Assembly: GCA_964640085.1 (NCBI GenBank)
Contig: CAZXFA010000001.1
Coordinates: 67,586 to 131,585 of the forward strand
Direction: 5' to 3'
From: an uncultured Actinomycetes bacterium
Lineage (GTDB): Bacteria; Actinomycetota; UBA4738; HRBIN12
DNA: 64,000 bases
Shown here in pieces: positions 36,780 through 45,500 of this stretch. The translations under genes were made by a program, and so were the position numbers. Each line of letters begins with the position of its first letter. Within the stretch, counting starts at the first letter, position 1. The notes beneath the pieces are model-generated. The model saw only the letters and a program-made list of their open reading frames with translations, did no database searches and was not told the origin of the DNA.

Positions 36780-37854
36780 GTTCCGTAGGCTCCGGGAGGA
36801 CGAGGGCGGCGCGGTCCTGCTGGTCGTCGCGCTCACTCTGGCGGCCCTGGTCGGGATGCTCGCCCTCGTGTTCGACCTGGGGTCGTTGGTGTCGACGCGC
36901 AGGACCGCGGTCAAGGCGGCGGATGCCGCGGCCTTGGCGGCAGCGCAGTCCTGTTTCGATGGGGACTCGGCCGGAGCGCCGGTCGTGGCCGAACGGATCG
37001 GCCTGGCCAACATGGAGGACTCCGGCACGAGCCTCTCGGGGACAACCTCCACGATCGTCGCGCAGGAAGGCTGTGGGACGAACAGGGACTACGGGTACGT
37101 GACCGTCAGGGTCTCCACCGATCAGGACCTGTACTTCTCCCCGATCTTCGGCATCGGCTCGCACGGCGTCGCCGCTGAGGCCACGGCGGCGTGGGGCATG
37201 GTGGTCGGGCCGCCCGTGCCGGTCATGGCCTCCATCGGCGGGCCGAATGAGTTCTCGTCGTGCGACACCCCCCAGTCCACCCCGGGCGGGACGTGCTACA
37301 TGCTGATGGACAACGACCAGAATGAAGGGGGTCAATTCGGATACCTGAGCCTGACGAACTGGTATCCGGTGGGGACCGACCCGCTGACGATGGACTGCAA
37401 CTCCGCGGGCGGCACCAACCTCATCCGCGATCAGATCGCCGGGGTCAACATGCCGAGCTACGTCTACGGTGCCCCTGCTTGGTCGTGCAAGGTGCCCGGC
37501 GAGAGCGCCCAGACCTGGCCGACCCTGTCGGGGCTGACTCGCTGGTTCCCGTTGACCAACCCGGCCGTGACCGAACCGTCCGGCAAGTTCTACTACGTGC
37601 AAGGCTTCGCGCAGGCCACGGTCGTCAGCGTCGAGCAGAAGAGCTGGAGCGACGTCGCCACCGATCCGGACAGCGGGGATGGGAGCGGCAACGAGGCTCC
37701 GCCCTCGATCGACACGACGCAGCAGACCTGCGGCAACGGCATCCTGGTCCCCCCGAATGGCAGCTACTCCTGCATCGGGCTGACGTGGCACACGTCCTTG
37801 ATGCCCACGCCCGGCGACACGGCGATCGCTGAGGGGGTGCACCTGATCGAGTAG
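36757..37854 (+). CDS. TadE/G-like N-terminal-domain (PF13400-like) secreted Cys-rich protein, 365 aa
   Basis: N-terminus ...RRLREDEGGAVLLVVALTLAALVGMLALVFDLGSLVSTRRTAVKAADAAALAAAQ matches the Flp-pilus-assembly TadE/G-like N-domain (TM plus the AADAAALA motif). The remainder has ~14 Cys in a Gly/Thr/Ser-rich context and no obvious vWA MIDAS. GAGGAAGGGGG upstream of ATG 36757. Confidence 0.55.
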   Translation: MSSLIGRRFRRLREDEGGAVLLVVALTLAALVGMLALVFDLGSLVSTRRTAVKAADAAALAAAQSCFDGDSAGAPVVAERIGLANMEDSGTSLSGTTSTIVAQEGCGTNRDYGYVTVRVSTDQDLYFSPIFGIGSHGVAAEATAAWGMVVGPPVPVMASIGGPNEFSSCDTPQSTPGGTCYMLMDNDQNEGGQFGYLSLTNWYPVGTDPLTMDCNSAGGTNLIRDQIAGVNMPSYVYGAPAWSCKVPGESAQTWPTLSGLTRWFPLTNPAVTEPSGKFYYVQGFAQATVVSVEQKSWSDVATDPDSGDGSGNEAPPSIDTTQQTCGNGILVPPNGSYSCIGLTWHTSLMPTPGDTAIAEGVHLIE

Positions 37855-37968
37855 GGTCAGCCAGGCGCCCGGTCAACGTCGTCCTGGCGAGACCGGCATC
37901 CTGCGGATGGCTCGTGACCTGAGGACCCGGCGGCGTTGGGGACACCGCCCGGCTGGACAGGAGGGACC

Positions 37969-38313
37969 ATGTCGAGATACTCACTCATCGAAGATGAGAA
38001 GGGGAACTACCGGTACGGGTACGAACGGTTCGAGGAGCAGGAGACGCCCCCCGAGCCCGACGACCAGAAGTCGACGCTGCGGGCGCTCATGCGCGACGCG
38101 GACGCGGCGGACAGGCGGATGACGCTGGACGAGTTGAAGGCGAGGATCACCGCCATCCTGCCGGGGGCCACCTTCGAGGTGGACGACCTCGGCCAGATCC
38201 TCATCCGCAGCAGCTTCCGGGTGCACATCGACTCCGAGGCGTTGGCGGAGATCCTGCGTCGGAAGGCGCGCGATCACGTTCCGCCCAAGAAGGGTCGGTT
38301 CCGGAGGAACTGA
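37969..38313 (+). CDS. hypothetical cytoplasmic protein, 114 aa (charged; noticeably lower-GC codon usage)
   Basis: AGGAGGGA lies 3-10 nt upstream of ATG 37969. Product MSRYSLIEDEKGNYRYGYERFEEQETPPEPDDQKSTLRAL...ITAILPGATFEVDDLGQILIRSSFRVHIDSEALAEILRRKARDHVPPKKGRFRRN. Local GC is ~52-60%, against >70% in the flanking genes. Confidence 0.45.
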   Translation: MSRYSLIEDEKGNYRYGYERFEEQETPPEPDDQKSTLRALMRDADAADRRMTLDELKARITAILPGATFEVDDLGQILIRSSFRVHIDSEALAEILRRKARDHVPPKKGRFRRN

Positions 38314-38368
38314 CCCTGCGGGCCGAACCGGACGAGAACGGCCGCGCTCGCGCGCGTCGTTCCCTTCC

Positions 38369-38983
38369 TCAGCTGCCGTGGGCCGAGTTGGCGCTCGCGT
38401 GCGCGGGCCCGTTGGCGTTGCCGTTACCCTGCGCTCCGGCCTGCCCGGGCGCCGCGTGCGAGTGTGGGCCACCTGGCTGCCCGTTCCCGTTGCCCGGCTT
38501 GCCGTCCGGCCACTTCGCCTCGAACTTCTCCCGCAGCCACAGCTCGTGCTGGTGGTGGCGGAGCCAGTTCTGGCCGAGGTGGGCGAGCGCGTTCCGCAGC
38601 CCGCGGTTCGCGTGATCCTCGCAGTTCGTGAGCACGGAGCGGATCCCCTGGACGCCGTGGCTCGTCTGGCCTCCGTCCAGCGCCTCGATCAGCGTGCCGA
38701 ACGCGTCCACGATGACCACGTCTGCCAGGTCCGCGTCGCCGAGCAGGTCGGCGCCGCACCTCTTGGCGAAGGCATCGAAGTACTGCCCGATGTCCGCCCC
38801 GTCCTCCGGATCGACCGTCTGCGGGACGAGCGGGTCGGTCGCCCCGGTGAGGGCCTCCTCCGCGCCCCATGGCGGCCCGGAGCTGGTGCGGGCGATAGCG
38901 GTGCCTACGCCGGCAAGCAGGAGTGCCGAGGCCGCCACCGCCACGACCCTACGACCGCGGTGGCGGGTGTGGGTCTCGCTCAT
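38369..38983 (-). CDS. secreted hypothetical protein with a Gly/Asn/Ala-rich C-terminal tail (204 aa)
   Basis: ATG 38983 (an internal Met of track ORF 38369..39619). Signal-peptide-like MSETHTRHRGRRVVAVAASALLLAGVGTAIA, mature domain with NCEDHANRG ... HHQHELWLREKF, and tail GNGNGQPGGPHSHAAPGQAGAQGNGNANGPAHASANSAHGS. The upstream 212 aa of the track ORF is low-complexity, off-frame-looking sequence. Confidence 0.5.
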   Translation of the reverse strand: MSETHTRHRGRRVVAVAASALLLAGVGTAIARTSSGPPWGAEEALTGATDPLVPQTVDPEDGADIGQYFDAFAKRCGADLLGDADLADVVIVDAFGTLIEALDGGQTSHGVQGIRSVLTNCEDHANRGLRNALAHLGQNWLRHHQHELWLREKFEAKWPDGKPGNGNGQPGGPHSHAAPGQAGAQGNGNANGPAHASANSAHGS

Positions 38984-39191
38984 GACGGCAAGTATGCTCG
39001 GCCGCGCCCGGTGGCGGAAGGACCCGTCCGGCCGTTTCGCCCGCTCTGGGCGGGGGACCGACCTTCGGCCGGGAAGGGTCCCTTGGGTGGTGCCACCCGG
39101 GGGAGGCGGGTCTCGGCCGTGCGGTTGCCTGACCGGGCAACCCGGCTTCGATGATGAGAGGGGCTCGGACAGGGCCCGTATCCTGGGCCTC

Positions 39192-40214
39192 GTGACCGAC
39201 CGCTTCCTGCGCGCGCTCCGGATCGAGCCCGTGGACCGCACCCCTGTCTGGTTCATGCGCCAGGCCGGGAGGTACCTGCCCGAGTACCGGGACCTGCGCG
39301 GCGAGCGTGACATCCTCGAGACCTGCCGCCACGCCGACCTCGCGGTCGAGATCTCGCTCCAGCCGCTCCGGAGGATGCCGCTCGACGCCGCGATCGTGTT
39401 CAGCGACATCATGGTGCCCCTGGCGGCGATCGGGATCCCCGTGCGGGTCGCGCCGGGGACCGGTCCGCTCGTGGACGCGCCGATCCTCGGACCGGCCGAC
39501 CTCGCCCGTCTCCGCCCGCTCGAGCCCGAGGCGGACGAGCCGGCGCTGCTCGAAACGATCCGTCTCCTGCGCAAGGAAGTCGATGTGCCGGTGATCGGAT
39601 TCTCGGGGGCCCCGTTCACGCTGGCGAGCTATCTCGTCGAGGGCGGCCCCTCCCGACATCACACGAGGACGAAGGGGCTGATGCACGGGCGACCGGAGGT
39701 ATGGGCCGGCCTGATGGAGGCGCTCGGGCAGATCGCTGTCGCCCACGCTCGCGCACAGATCGCGGCGGGGGCCCAGGCCGTACAGTTCTTCGACTCGTGG
39801 GTCGGAGCGCTCGACCCGGACGACTACGAGCGACACGTGCTGCCCTGGATGGCTCAGCTCCTGAACGGGATCGAGGCGCCGACGATTCACTTCGGCGTGG
39901 GGACCGGGGAGCTCCTTCCCCTGATGCGCCGGGCGGGCGGCGACGCGATCGGCGTGGATCACCGCGTGCCGCTGGACGCCGCGTGGGAGCGGGTCGGAGC
40001 CGACCGCGCGATCCAGGGCAACCTCGACCCGGCGGTGTGTACCGCGCCGTGGGACGCGGTGGAACGTAAGGCGGTTCGCGTGCTCGACCGCGCCGCCATG
40101 CGGGACGGGCATGTGTTCAACCTCGGCCACGGCGTCCCGCCCGACACCCCGGTGGGCAACCTGCAGCGCCTCGTAGTGCTGGTCCACGAGCGGACCGAGC
40201 GGACCCGGCCGTGA
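39192..40214 (+). CDS. hemE: uroporphyrinogen decarboxylase
   Basis: VTDRFLRALRIEPVDRTPVWFMRQAGRYLPEY... (UroD N-terminal signature) from GTG 39192, in the frame of track ORF 38628..40214. Confidence 0.9.
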   Translation: MTDRFLRALRIEPVDRTPVWFMRQAGRYLPEYRDLRGERDILETCRHADLAVEISLQPLRRMPLDAAIVFSDIMVPLAAIGIPVRVAPGTGPLVDAPILGPADLARLRPLEPEADEPALLETIRLLRKEVDVPVIGFSGAPFTLASYLVEGGPSRHHTRTKGLMHGRPEVWAGLMEALGQIAVAHARAQIAAGAQAVQFFDSWVGALDPDDYERHVLPWMAQLLNGIEAPTIHFGVGTGELLPLMRRAGGDAIGVDHRVPLDAAWERVGADRAIQGNLDPAVCTAPWDAVERKAVRVLDRAAMRDGHVFNLGHGVPPDTPVGNLQRLVVLVHERTERTRP

Positions 40215-41170
40215 CCCCGATCGGCGTGCTGGTGATGGCGTACGGGACCGCGAGCGGTCCCGACGACGTCGAGCGTTACTACACCGACGTCCGCGGCGGG
40301 CGGCCGCCGACCCCAGAGCACCTCATGGAGCTGAGAGAACGGTACGCGGCGATCGGGAACCGCTTCCCCCTCACGGAGATCACGCGGCAGCAGGCCGAAG
40401 GGGTCGTCCGCGAGCTCAACGCGGGTGCGGCCGATGAGGAGAGCTTCCGCTCGTACGTGGGGATGAAGCACTCGCCACCGTTCATCCCAGAGGCAGTGGA
40501 GCGGATGCGTGCCGACGGGATCGGGCGCGCGGTCGCGATCGTGATGGCTCCGCACTGGTCGGGGATGTCGGTCGAGACCTACCACGAGCGGGTGCGCCGC
40601 GCGGTCGGCGACGGTCCGCCCGCGTTCGCCTTCGTCCGGAGCTACCACGACCACCCGGCGTTCATCGGGTTCCTGGCCGCGCGCGTCGCCCACGCGCTCG
40701 CGACGCTCGGGCCCGCCGAGCGCGAGCGCGCCGCGGTGGTCTTCTCGGCGCATTCGCTGCCGGTCCGCGCGTTCGAGGATGGCTCGCTCCGCTGCAAGCA
40801 CTGCACCGCGTGCGAGGGCTCGTGCCGGTACGCGGACGGGCTGCGGGAGACGGCCGACCTGGTGGCGGCGGAGCTCAGCCTGCCGCACCATACGATCGCC
40901 TGGCAGAGCGCCGGGCGCACGACGGACCCGTGGTGGGGTCCGCCGATCGAGGACGTGGTGGTCGAGCTGGGGGAAGCCGGTCACCCGGCGGTGGTGGTGT
41001 GTTCGGCGGGGTTCGTCGCGGACCACCTCGAGACGCTGTACGACCTGGACGTCGAGCTGCGCGAGAAGGCGGAGGACGCGGGGATCCATCTCGTGCGGAC
41101 CGGGATGCCGAACGCCGACCCCGCGTTCGCGCGGGTCCTGGCCCAGGTCGTGCGAGAGCACCTGTCGTGA
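40211..41170 (+). CDS. hemH: ferrochelatase (in this lineage expected to be coproporphyrin ferrochelatase CpfC)
   Basis: GTG 40211 overlaps the hemE stop (GTGA). ...VLVMAYGTASGPDDVERYYTDVRGGRPP..., ...AHSLP..., ...CSAGFVADHLETLYDLD.... Carries an unusual internal Cys cluster CKHCTACEGSC after the AHSLP motif. Confidence 0.9.
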   Translation: MTPIGVLVMAYGTASGPDDVERYYTDVRGGRPPTPEHLMELRERYAAIGNRFPLTEITRQQAEGVVRELNAGAADEESFRSYVGMKHSPPFIPEAVERMRADGIGRAVAIVMAPHWSGMSVETYHERVRRAVGDGPPAFAFVRSYHDHPAFIGFLAARVAHALATLGPAERERAAVVFSAHSLPVRAFEDGSLRCKHCTACEGSCRYADGLRETADLVAAELSLPHHTIAWQSAGRTTDPWWGPPIEDVVVELGEAGHPAVVVCSAGFVADHLETLYDLDVELREKAEDAGIHLVRTGMPNADPAFARVLAQVVREHLS

Positions 41171-41223
41171 GCGCCGTCTCCCCGGTATCGTCGTCGGGCA
41201 CCGATCTGATCGGAGCACGTGCG

Positions 41224-41883
41224 ATGAGCGAGACGGTCTACGCCCTGTACCCCTGCTTCCGGGCGTCGAGCGGGTTCCGCGACCTGGACCCGGACGACGC
41301 GGCGCAGGAGGTCGAGAACCTGTTCAAGGCCTGGGAGGAGGTCTCGGTCCGCGGCATCTACTCGACGAAGGGGTTCCGGGCGGACACCGACCTGATGCTC
41401 TGGCTCGTGGGGCCGACGCCCGGCGCCCTCCAGGACGCCATGGTCGGGTTCGGTCGCACCCACGCCGGACGCGAGCTCGAGATCGTCTGGACGTTCATGG
41501 GTGTCGTCAAGCCGGCCGAGTTCACCGCCGACCACGCGCCGGCGTTCGTCAAGGGCGAGACGCCGCGGCGGTACCTGTGCGCCTACCCGTTCGTCCGCAC
41601 ACCCGACTGGTACCTGCTCCCGCCGGAGGAGCGGGCGGCGATGCTCCGCGAGCACGGCGAGATCGGGCGGGAGTTCCCCGACGTGCTGGCCAACACCACG
41701 AGCGCGTTCGGGCTGAACGACTGGGAGTGGATCCTGGCGTTCGAGGCGGACGAGCTCGACCGGATCGTGGACTGCATCCGCCGGCTGCGCGGGGCGGAGG
41801 CGCGCCGGTTCACGAAGGAGGAGGTCCCGTTCGTGACCGGGATCCGCAAGGACGTCCGCTCGGCCTTCGCCGATCTGATGTAG
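41224..41883 (+). CDS. hemQ: coproheme decarboxylase / hydrogen-peroxide-dependent heme synthase (HemQ/ChdC, chlorite-dismutase-like fold)
   Basis: MSETVYALYPCFRASSGFRDLDPDD...YSTKGFRADTDLMLWLVGP...; ATG 41224 in the frame of track ORF 40810..41883. 219 aa. Confidence 0.8.
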   Translation: MSETVYALYPCFRASSGFRDLDPDDAAQEVENLFKAWEEVSVRGIYSTKGFRADTDLMLWLVGPTPGALQDAMVGFGRTHAGRELEIVWTFMGVVKPAEFTADHAPAFVKGETPRRYLCAYPFVRTPDWYLLPPEERAAMLREHGEIGREFPDVLANTTSAFGLNDWEWILAFEADELDRIVDCIRRLRGAEARRFTKEEVPFVTGIRKDVRSAFADLM

Positions 41884-41948
41884 CCCTCGGCTCCGCGCCC
41901 GTTGGCGCGGGATAATGGGCGGCAGACCCGTGGACGGAGGGCCAGATC

Positions 41949-42086
41949 GTGTCCAAAGCGAAGGACAAGGGCGGCGAGAAGCACGTGAAGCGCGCCGCGC
42001 AGAAGTCCATCAAGGAGAAGCGGGCCGCCAAGAAGGCGAAGAAGCGGGCGTCCGCCTCGGCGTCGTCCAAGCTGATCGAGTCGTAG
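41949..42086 (+). CDS. small Lys-rich basic protein (45 aa; hypothetical)
   Basis: GTG 41949, preceded by GGACGGAGGG. Product VSKAKDKGGEKHVKRAAQKSIKEKRAAKKAKKRASASASSKLIES. Uses AAG/AAA codons, atypical for this GC content but forced by the Lys content. Not in the ORF track (too short). Confidence 0.35.
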   Translation: MSKAKDKGGEKHVKRAAQKSIKEKRAAKKAKKRASASASSKLIES

Positions 42087-42090
42087 CGGG

Positions 42091-43140
42091 GTGTTCGAGG
42101 ACCTGCTCCGTGGCTGGGACGGCGAGGTGGTCGCCGTCCGGCACGACGCGCCCACCGGCACGTGGATGTTCGTCTGCGTCGACTCGACCGCGCTCGGACC
42201 GGGGGCCGGCGGGACGCGCATGAAGGTGTACCCGACCCCGCACGACGGGCTGCGGGATGGCCTCCGCCTGGCGAGCGCGATGACCAGCAAGAACGCCGCG
42301 GCCGGTCTCCCGCTCGGCGGTGGCAAGGCGGTGCTGGCCGTGCCGTTGATCCCGGCCGGTGACACGCGCCGCGAGCTGTTGCTGCGGTACGGGGACCTGG
42401 TCGAGTCGCTCCACGGGACCTACTGGACGGCCTGCGACATGAACACGCGGCCGCGGGACATGGACGTGATCGGCGAGCGATGCCGTTCGGTTTTCGGCAA
42501 GAGCGTCGAGGGCGGCGGGTCCGGCTCCTCGGCGTTCTCAACCGCCGACGGCGTGTTCCACGGGATCAGGGCGGCGGTGGCCCACGCGTTCGGTTCCCCC
42601 TCGCTCGAGGGGCATTCGGTCCTGATCCAGGGCGTCGGAGCGGTCGGTCGACCGCTCGCCGGACATCTGGCGCGCGAGAGGGCCCGGCTGATCCTCACCG
42701 ACGTCGACGAGGTCCGGGCGAAGGAGGCGGCGGCCGAGCTCGGCGGCGAGGTCGTCCCGCCGGAGGAGGCCGTCGCGACGGAGTGCGACGTCTTCTCGCC
42801 CTGCGCCACCGGCGGTGTGCTCTCGGCCGGGACGATCCCGCGCCTGCGATGCCGCATCGTGGCGGGTGCCGCGAACAACCAGCTCGGCGAGCCCCAGGAT
42901 GCGGAGCGGCTCTACGAGCGCGGGATCCTGTACGCGCCGGACTACGTGGTCAACGCGGGCGGGATCATCCACCTCGCGTCGCTCGAGCTCCTCGGCGAGG
43001 ACGAGGCGGCGAAGGACGCGCGCGTGCGCGGGATCGCGGACACGCTCGGCCGCGTGTTCGAGATCGCGTCGGCCGAGGATATCTCGACCGGCGCCGCCGC
43101 CGACCGGATCGTCCGGGAACGGCTGGCAACGGGGAGGTGA
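42091..43140 (+). CDS. Glu/Leu/Phe/Val dehydrogenase family amino-acid dehydrogenase (Leu/Val/Phe-DH-like, 349 aa)
   Basis: Catalytic Gly-rich lysine motif LPLGGGKAVL; NAD(P) Rossmann GVGAVGRPLAGHL. GTG start. Confidence 0.85.
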   Translation: MFEDLLRGWDGEVVAVRHDAPTGTWMFVCVDSTALGPGAGGTRMKVYPTPHDGLRDGLRLASAMTSKNAAAGLPLGGGKAVLAVPLIPAGDTRRELLLRYGDLVESLHGTYWTACDMNTRPRDMDVIGERCRSVFGKSVEGGGSGSSAFSTADGVFHGIRAAVAHAFGSPSLEGHSVLIQGVGAVGRPLAGHLARERARLILTDVDEVRAKEAAAELGGEVVPPEEAVATECDVFSPCATGGVLSAGTIPRLRCRIVAGAANNQLGEPQDAERLYERGILYAPDYVVNAGGIIHLASLELLGEDEAAKDARVRGIADTLGRVFEIASAEDISTGAAADRIVRERLATGR

Positions 43141-43142
43141 CG

Positions 43143-43493
43143 ATGGCCCGCGACCTCGCCTCGATGGAGTGCGTGCCATGCAGGGGCGGCATCCCGCCGC
43201 TCACGCACGAGGAGATCCGGCCGTACCTCGCTGATCTCGGCAGCGAATGGCGGGTCGTCAACGATCACCACCTGGAGAAGGAGTTCCGGTTCAGGAACTT
43301 CCGGCAGGCGCTCGAGGCTACCAACCGGGTCGGCGAGCTCGCCGAGCAGGTCGGCCACCACCCGGACATCGAGCTCGCCTGGGGCCGGATGAAGGTCACG
43401 GTCTGGACCCACAAGATCGACGGACTGCACGAGGCCGACTTCGTGTTCGCGGCCAAGGCCGACCGGGTCCTAGCCGAGGACCCGGTCGGCTGA
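43143..43493 (+). CDS. pterin-4a-carbinolamine dehydratase (PCD/DCoH)
   Basis: ...EFRFRNFRQALEATNRVGELAEQVGHHPDIELAWGRMKVTVWTHK... contains the PCD signature (E-x3-HHP-x6-W-x9-TH). ATG 43143, 2 nt after the dehydrogenase stop. Confidence 0.85.
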   Translation: MARDLASMECVPCRGGIPPLTHEEIRPYLADLGSEWRVVNDHHLEKEFRFRNFRQALEATNRVGELAEQVGHHPDIELAWGRMKVTVWTHKIDGLHEADFVFAAKADRVLAEDPVG

Positions 43494-43502
43494 AGCTTCG
43501 TC

Positions 43503-44024
43503 TCAGACGCGCGCCTCGACGAGCCCGAGCTCGCGGAGCGTTCCCCAGGGGATCGCGTGGCAGTACGGCTCGTGCCCGTTCTTGTCGTAGTAGCGCTGGT
43601 GGTACTCCTCGGCCGGCCAGAAGCGCCCCGCCGGCTCGATCGACGTCGCGATCGGTCGGTCGAACCGCACCTGCGCACGCTCGCGCGAGGCCTCGGCGAT
43701 CGGGCGCTGCTCGTCCGAGTGCGTGAGGATCACGCTCCGGTACTGGTCGCCGACGTCCGGACCCTGCCGGTTCACCTGGGTCGGGTCGTGCATCGCCCAG
43801 AAGACCTCGAGCAGCTGCTCGTAGGTGACGACCGACGGATCGAACGTCACGCGGAGGACCTCGGCGTGGCCGGTGGTGTGCGAGCACACGTCGCGGTACG
43901 TGGGGTTGTCGGTGTGACCCCCCGCGTAGCCGACCTCGGTGTCGACGACCCCGGGGACGCGCTCGAACACGTGCTCGACGCCCCAGAAGCAGCCGGCCCC
44001 GAAGGTCGCGGTCTGGATGGACAT
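43503..44024 (-). CDS. msrA: peptide methionine sulfoxide reductase MsrA
   Basis: [26 protein letters not shown]... (GCFWG active site). Start at ATG 44024, ~11 nt downstream of GAGGAGGG; the track ORF extends further upstream. Confidence 0.9.
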   Translation of the reverse strand: MSIQTATFGAGCFWGVEHVFERVPGVVDTEVGYAGGHTDNPTYRDVCSHTTGHAEVLRVTFDPSVVTYEQLLEVFWAMHDPTQVNRQGPDVGDQYRSVILTHSDEQRPIAEASRERAQVRFDRPIATSIEPAGRFWPAEEYHQRYYDKNGHEPYCHAIPWGTLRELGLVEARV

Positions 44025-44111
44025 ACGGGACATCCCTCCTCGGATGGGGTTCACCCCTCCAGTGTGCCGGAGGGGTCCCAACGTTGCACCCCGCCTCCGT
44101 ATCCTGGCCCC

Positions 44112-45491
44112 GTGCCGGAGGGGGTCGTGGTCGTCGGCGGAGGCGTCTCGGGTCTCACCACCGCGTACCGGCTGCTCGCCGACCATCGGCTGCAGGCCGA
44201 GGTCCTGGTCCTGGAGGCCGAGCTCGATCCGGGTGGCAAGCTCCGGACGGTCGGGGTCGGGGACCTCGAGCTCGAGGCGGGCCCGGACTCGTTCCTCGCG
44301 CGCAAGCCCGCCGCCGTCGAGCTCGCCCGGGAGCTCGGCCTGGGGAAGGACCTCGTGCCGTCCGCGGCCCGCGCGGCGCTCGTCTGGTCCGAGGGCCGGC
44401 TGCTACCGTTGCCCCGCGGCCCGCTCGGGATCTGGACCGATCTCCGCGAGCTCTGGACCTGGCCGGGGATGTCGCCGTGGGGGAAGCTCCGGGGGGCCGC
44501 CGACCTGATCCTGCCCCGTGAGCGCGGGACGGCGGACCGATCCATCGGCAGCCTGTCGCGGCGGCGGCTCGGCGGCGAGGCCACCGAAGCGCTCGTCGCG
44601 CCACTGCTCGGCGGGCTCTTCGCCGGCGACGTCGATCGCCTGGGGATCGCGGCCACGTTCCCCGAGCTCGCCGCCTGGGAGCGGGAGCACGGTGGGCTGA
44701 TCCGCGGTGCGCGGGCCGCCGCCCGCGCACAGGCCCTCGTGCCACGGGCGCCGATGTTCGTGCGCCTGCGCGGAGGCCTGCGCCGGCTGACCGACCGGCT
44801 CGCCGAGTCGATCGGCGGCGAGCGGGTCCGCCTCGGGATCCGGGTCGAGGAGGTCGCCCTGCGGGGCGGGGGTTTCGAGCTCCGGGCCGGCGGCCAGGCG
44901 TATGAGGCCGAGGTGGTCGTGTTCGCCGGTCCGGCGTTCGTCACGGCCGACCTCGTGGAGGCCTGGGCGCCCGAGGCGGCCCGTGATCTCCGAGCGATCC
45001 GCTACGTCTCGACGGCGGTCGTCGCGCTCGTCTACCCGCAGGGCACGGCCTCGGCGTTACCGGAGACGTCGGGGTTCGTGGTCCCTCGGGGACGGCTCTC
45101 GACGACCGCCTGCACGTTCGTCTCGCGCAAGTGGCCCGAGGCCGCGTTCGGCGATCGGGCGGTGCTCCGGTGCTTCGTCGGCGCCGATGGCTCCGAGGCC
45201 GCGCTCGACCGTCCGGATGAGGACCTGGTCGGGTTCGTGGCGCGGGAGCTCGCCGCCCTGCTCCCGCTCCCACCCGAACCCGCGGCCTCGGCGGTGGCCC
45301 GGTGGCCGCGCTCGATGCCCCAGTACGAGGTGGGGCATCTGGAGCGGGTGGCGGCCATCGAACGAGCGCTGCCGCCCGGGGCCTTCGTCGTCGGGCAGGC
45401 CTTCCGGGGGGTGGGGATCTCGGACTGCGTCCGCCGGGCGACCGAGGTCGCAGATCGGGTCGCTGCGGCCGTCCGCTCGGCTGGGTCCTGA
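44112..45491 (+). CDS. hemY: protoporphyrinogen/coproporphyrinogen III oxidase (HemY family; CgoX in the coproporphyrin-dependent pathway)
   Basis: FAD dinucleotide-binding N-terminus [17 protein letters not shown], ...[22 protein letters not shown].... GTG 44112, in the frame of track ORF 43557..45491. Confidence 0.85.
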   Translation: MPEGVVVVGGGVSGLTTAYRLLADHRLQAEVLVLEAELDPGGKLRTVGVGDLELEAGPDSFLARKPAAVELARELGLGKDLVPSAARAALVWSEGRLLPLPRGPLGIWTDLRELWTWPGMSPWGKLRGAADLILPRERGTADRSIGSLSRRRLGGEATEALVAPLLGGLFAGDVDRLGIAATFPELAAWEREHGGLIRGARAAARAQALVPRAPMFVRLRGGLRRLTDRLAESIGGERVRLGIRVEEVALRGGGFELRAGGQAYEAEVVVFAGPAFVTADLVEAWAPEAARDLRAIRYVSTAVVALVYPQGTASALPETSGFVVPRGRLSTTACTFVSRKWPEAAFGDRAVLRCFVGADGSEAALDRPDEDLVGFVARELAALLPLPPEPAASAVARWPRSMPQYEVGHLERVAAIERALPPGAFVVGQAFRGVGISDCVRRATEVADRVAAAVRSAGS

Positions 45492-45500
45492 CTCGGCCCG

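Noticed and set aside
38984-39619. N-terminal 212 aa of track ORF 38369..39619 (-)
   Set aside because: Ser/Arg/Gly low-complexity with no signal of a real domain. The believable protein starts at the internal ATG 38983 with a signal peptide, and the upstream part also runs antisense into the hemE region.
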